The position numbers and the translations under genes are program-made. Below are positions 60,421 to 64,000 of a stretch of DNA of 64,000 nucleotides, piece by piece. The DNA is from Nitrosopumilaceae archaeon. GTDB taxonomy: Archaea > Thermoproteota > Nitrososphaeria > Nitrososphaerales > Nitrosopumilaceae. Numbering within the stretch: the stretch's first letter is position 1; every line of letters begins with the position of its first letter. The stretch spans positions 1,216,001-1,280,000 of the forward strand of contig CBDCCK010000002.1 in the NCBI GenBank assembly GCA_965214835.1. Direction: 5' to 3'. The notes beneath the pieces were generated by a model. The model was not told the DNA's origin. It was given only the letters and a program-made list of their open reading frames with translations, and searched no databases.

Positions 60421-60897
60421 TTGGTAACAAACTTCGTCTCAGAGACTGCAAAAATCGGGGATGGCACACAGGTATGGCACTTTAGCTATGTCGGGGACAG
60501 GACGGAGATAGGCAGCAACGTCAAGATCGGCTCCCTGGTACACATAGACTATGACGTAAAAATCGGGGATGACTGCAAGATCGAGGGGATGGCATACCTG
60601 CCGCCGTTGACAAGGGTCGGAAACAAGGTGTTCATCGGTCCCGGTGCGACCCTGACAAATGATCCGTATCCGCCATGCGATAAAATGACAGGCGTCACGC
60701 TTGAGGACGGGGTAATCGTAGGTGCAAGGGCAGTAGTCAGGGCAGGGGTAAGAATCGGAAGGAGCAGCGTCATAGCGATGGGGGCAGTAGTCACAAAGGA
60801 CGTGCCTGAAAACGTTGTCGTTGCAGGGGCTCCTGCAAGGATAAAGTACTCCCGGGAGGAATACGACAAAAAGAGAGGCAGCTGGGCCGGATCATAG
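60421..60897 (+). CDS. hexapeptide-repeat N-acetyltransferase (WbpD-like)
   Basis: VWHF, TNDPYP, GAVVTKDVP. Confidence 0.88.
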   Translation: MVTNFVSETAKIGDGTQVWHFSYVGDRTEIGSNVKIGSLVHIDYDVKIGDDCKIEGMAYLPPLTRVGNKVFIGPGATLTNDPYPPCDKMTGVTLEDGVIVGARAVVRAGVRIGRSSVIAMGAVVTKDVPENVVVAGAPARIKYSREEYDKKRGSWAGS

Positions 60898-60901
60898 GGG
60901 G

Positions 60902-61459
60902 TCAGGGGGCCTTCCAGGCCGTTATGCTAGAGCCGATCTGATCCCGTGGCCCATGGGTGCGTATCTCATATCCTAGCTCTTGCAGAAACTCCGGATAGAC
61001 GGGGCTTACGTGATCCTCGTTCTGGTTGCCATCAAAGACCGTGTCGTCCTTGGGAAACCTGCCGTAAGGCATTCCCAAAACGATCAGGTTCTTGCAGAGT
61101 CCTTCAAGCTTTTTGAGGGTGGGGACAATGTCGTGTCTTGGCAGGAGATCTATGCCGTGCCAGAAAAAGACGACGTCAAACCTTTCAAAGTTTAATTTTT
61201 CAACCTTGCGTACGTCGCCGCAGATGACCCTGTAGACGTCGGTGTTTGGGAACCTTTCCTTTAAAAAACTGACATTTTCTGGAAATATCTCAAGAATCGT
61301 GATGTTTGAGAATTTATTCTCCTCGAAAACATCGACAAAGTGCTGTCGTCTTTTGTTTGCGCCAACATACAGGACGCTGCAAAAGCCAGAGGAGAAAAGA
61401 TCCGGAATCCACTCGCTGATGAGCCTTTCACGCTCAAGCTGGATGCTGTTTTTTGCCAT
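60902..61459 (-). CDS. class I SAM-dependent methyltransferase
   Basis: VLYVGA, LEIF, GDV, FDVV. Confidence 0.7.
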   Translation of the reverse strand: MAKNSIQLERERLISEWIPDLFSSGFCSVLYVGANKRRQHFVDVFEENKFSNITILEIFPENVSFLKERFPNTDVYRVICGDVRKVEKLNFERFDVVFFWHGIDLLPRHDIVPTLKKLEGLCKNLIVLGMPYGRFPKDDTVFDGNQNEDHVSPVYPEFLQELGYEIRTHGPRDQIGSSITAWKAP

Positions 61460-61501
61460 AGGATATGTCGTGATTTCCCAGGCAGGTGCTAAAAGTGTAT
61501 T

Positions 61502-62263
61502 CTAGGAGATGAGGCCCTTTTGAATCATGGAACAGAGCTGTTTTCCCGTACAAAACTCCACGCCGCCGGAATTCAGCAACTCCATGATTTTTGAGTACAT
61601 CCTGCCGCCCTTCATGCGCAATACGTTGTCATGCCAGATAATCGTAATGACCTTGCCGTCTCGCTGCAAAAGCTGCCTGAAAAAGGCAAGGATGTTGTCC
61701 TCGGTTATCCCCATGCACGAGAAAAGATATGCATCGACCACGGTGGGGGGAAACTGGATTATCTCGTTTTGATAAAATCCAAAGTCGTCGTCGACCAGCT
61801 CGGACTTGGAGAACTTGAGCGAGGAGTCATATTGAAACCCCAGTTCCCTGAGCCGGGAGGGCAGTGCATCGTCATAATTGAGATAGTGGACGCGGTTTCC
61901 GATTATTTTGCTCCTGGCTATGCCGGACAGCCCGTCATACTCGCGTTTGATGTTAGATGTATCATAGATTGAGCCAGGATCCAGATGCAGCCCGATCTCC
62001 CAGCCGGAACCCTCAAGCTCGTTGATTTGATCCTTGTATTCGCGAAAGTCCCCGCCCTCGTACTTTGTCCTAAAAAAGAACGTCGAACGGCAGTCGTATT
62101 TTTCCTCAATGGACATGATTTCATCAAAGTTGTTGTAGGGGTTCACAGAGTCCAGATTCTCCAGAACCGACTCGTCAAAGCGATCCCTTCTGTCCAGAAT
62201 GTGTTGCTTGGGGGGCCCCGAATGCCTCCAGTCAACGTCATGGCTCAGAAAGACGAACTTCAT
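61502..62263 (-). CDS. polysaccharide deacetylase-family protein
   Basis: SHDVD, STFFF, EIGLH, RVHYL, YDSS, IWH. Confidence 0.85.
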   Translation of the reverse strand: MKFVFLSHDVDWRHSGPPKQHILDRRDRFDESVLENLDSVNPYNNFDEIMSIEEKYDCRSTFFFRTKYEGGDFREYKDQINELEGSGWEIGLHLDPGSIYDTSNIKREYDGLSGIARSKIIGNRVHYLNYDDALPSRLRELGFQYDSSLKFSKSELVDDDFGFYQNEIIQFPPTVVDAYLFSCMGITEDNILAFFRQLLQRDGKVITIIWHDNVLRMKGGRMYSKIMELLNSGGVEFCTGKQLCSMIQKGLIS

Positions 62264-62316
62264 TATAAAAAAAACTCAGCAATAGTAGTTTAAGGATTGC
62301 GACGGCCAGAGCTTGG

Positions 62317-62961
62317 CTAGGCGGATTGTCCGGTTGAAAGTATTTTTGGATCGGGGGACTCGTACACGCTGTTCTCTGTGGTGTCAGACTTTAGAAAGAC
62401 GTTGGCGCCGACAAATGTCTTTGGTGCGATTTTTACGCGCTGCTTTACCGTGCAGTCAAGCCCCAAGGTTGAGCCGGAGCCAATAGTCACCCGGCCGCCC
62501 ACGTATACATGGCCGGTAAGAAAGCAGTGATCCTCTATTCTTACATGATGGCTGACAACATTGGAAGACAGCATCCCCATATCATCCCCTATGCAGACAT
62601 GGGGCTGGAATACGTTGTTCTCAAGAATGATGCAGTTCTCCCCAATCGTTGTTGTTTTAGGCAGTATACTAGAGGGGTGGATATAGTTGACAAGCGAGTA
62701 TCCATGCGACTTGGCCCGCTCGAAGATTTTTTTGCGCTTTTGGTTTCGCTGCGAATAGCCGACTACGATAAGCATCTTGAAGATGTCGGGGGGATACCTG
62801 TCCAGTACGTCATTGAAATCGACTATAGGCAGTCCGTTGAGCTCATCGCGGACGGGACTATCCTCGGTAAAGGCTACAATCTCAAACTGTCTGTCCTCGT
62901 CTATATAGTCATACAATAGCTGGGCTAGCTGGCCGGTTCCAAAGATAACGATTTTCTCCAA
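62317..62961 (-). CDS. NeuD/PglD-type sugar acetyltransferase
   Basis: IVIFGTG, N..RKKIF, YIHPS, hexapeptide repeats. Confidence 0.88.
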   Translation of the reverse strand: MEKIVIFGTGQLAQLLYDYIDEDRQFEIVAFTEDSPVRDELNGLPIVDFNDVLDRYPPDIFKMLIVVGYSQRNQKRKKIFERAKSHGYSLVNYIHPSSILPKTTTIGENCIILENNVFQPHVCIGDDMGMLSSNVVSHHVRIEDHCFLTGHVYVGGRVTIGSGSTLGLDCTVKQRVKIAPKTFVGANVFLKSDTTENSVYESPDPKILSTGQSA

Positions 62962-63006
62962 CAGGGATTTTATCTGTAAAAATTATAAAAAGTGATCTCC
63001 GAATTA

Positions 63007-63178
63007 GTGTGTTGCATGACCTGATTTTATGCATGAAATGGTACGAGGTCACCTACCCCTACAAATCAGGCACGAATTAGATGCATGGTTGTGATTTCCA
63101 TGCCTAGCCAGCAAGGGACGTGACCACATACATGAAATGTTATGTTTTTACGCGCTCAGATACGGTTGTGGGGCACAC
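63007..63178. mobile_element. MITE family E interrupted by MITE A
   Basis: Reverse complement of 20717-20895 (ctgagcgcgtaaaa; taaaatcagg.catgcaaca). Confidence 0.7.
63041..63131. mobile_element. MITE family A
   Basis: 8-bp target duplication atgaaatg. Confidence 0.9.
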
Positions 63179-63217
63179 TATCCGAGTCAGACGTGAGGGA
63201 GCAGACGGGGGTTCAAG

Positions 63218-63445
63218 CTAGTCTTGCACCATCCTGCTGAACATCCACTTCTTCATTTTAGACAGGATTGCTATCCAGAGGACTACGAGGCCGATTGCGA
63301 TCATCCCCTTGACTGCCGAGGATATGATCTGATCAAGGTCGCCAAATCCGGAGATGTGGATTGGTCCCAGGATTGTAACTATGATTCCTCCTCCCAGAAG
63401 CATCAGGGCCCACATGCAGAGGATAAATCCGTACAGCTGCCTCAA
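63218..63445 (-). CDS. small two-TM membrane protein
   Basis: Overlaps the stop of the upstream GT4-family gene. Confidence 0.7.
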   Translation of the reverse strand: MRQLYGFILCMWALMLLGGGIIVTILGPIHISGFGDLDQIISSAVKGMIAIGLVVLWIAILSKMKKWMFSRMVQD

Positions 63446-64000
63446 ATCCGTACACCCATCAGATATGCAGATATCACGGCAAGGACTCCGGAAAAGGCGG
63501 CAAGCCTGAAGATGACATGCGAGACCTGTATGTCGGTAAGGGGCATCCTAGATACGATTATCCTCAGCAGCGTAATCGGGGCGCGTGGATCCCTCTTGGC
63601 CCTTAGCTTGAAATCATCGGTGGCAACCACGGGCTTTAAGTGTATGGTGCGATGCTCGGCAAAGCGCTTGACGCTTGACAGAAACAGGAAGGAGTTGACT
63701 ATTGCGGGCAAAAGGGCCACTGCTGCTACAATCTCAACGCCACCTACAATGGCCAGTGTGCCGTACATGGCCCCCAGGGTCAGGGCCCCCGAGTCCCCCG
63801 GAAATATGCGGCTTGGATTCCTGTGATACCTGTAAAAGGCCAGCGATACAAAGACCAGGGGAAGGCTGGCCACTGCGATCTCATGGTTCCCGACTATGAA
63901 CAGGGACAGCGACAGCGACATGCTGGCAATAACCATGAACCCACTTGCCACGCCGTTGAGGATGTCAATTGAGTTTATGGTGTTGCCGGTTATGGGAATG
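63442..64000 (-). CDS. MraY/AglH-type polyprenol-phosphate GlcNAc-1-P transferase (5'-partial)
   Basis: NTINSIDILNG, PSRIFPGDSG motifs; runs off the window edge. Confidence 0.88.
   Translation of the reverse strand, partial: IPITGNTINSIDILNGVASGFMVIASMSLSLSLFIVGNHEIAVASLPLVFVSLAFYRYHRNPSRIFPGDSGALTLGAMYGTLAIVGGVEIVAAVALLPAIVNSFLFLSSVKRFAEHRTIHLKPVVATDDFKLRAKRDPRAPITLLRIIVSRMPLTDIQVSHVIFRLAAFSGVLAVISAYLMGVRI

Noticed and set aside
1-64000. CRISPR array or rRNA
   Set aside because: No regularly spaced repeat-spacer series and no rRNA-like sequence; the repeats found are dispersed MITEs

Overview
This window comes from an ammonia-oxidising archaeon (Nitrosopumilaceae-type Thaumarchaeota), judged from the 4-hydroxybutyrate-CoA ligase, the 4-hydroxybutyryl-CoA dehydratase and the archaeal tRNAs. 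High GC, TPR proteins and heavy IS load are compatible with a host-associated lineage, but that is inference. Core genes alternate with accessory DNA. (1) A defence-like left end has two HNH nucleases sharing an unnamed N-terminal domain, a frameshifted DNA methyltransferase and a Panacea-like/PIN toxin-antitoxin pair. (2) A ~9 kb block between the two 3HP/4HB-cycle genes encodes a His-rich Ni/Co permease, a ureohydrolase, a Na+/solute symporter and a His-tailed chaperonin with altered catalytic residues. It is a candidate nickel-dependent guanidino-compound-to-urea module and the best lead here. (3) A ~17 kb island at tRNA-Ala(GGC) holds two broken tyrosine integrases, a ClpP/SDH-type protease, a matrixin + TIMP-like + membrane-ArsR trio and nested IS elements. 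A relic of the same protease-integrase module lies at 34.3-34.9 kb. At least six families of 75-115 bp MITEs are scattered throughout, several nested in each other. Two stretches (about 41.7-43.2 kb and 47.0-47.9 kb) look like low-quality or chimeric consensus. No CRISPR array or rRNA was seen. All family calls are by motif recognition, without database searches.
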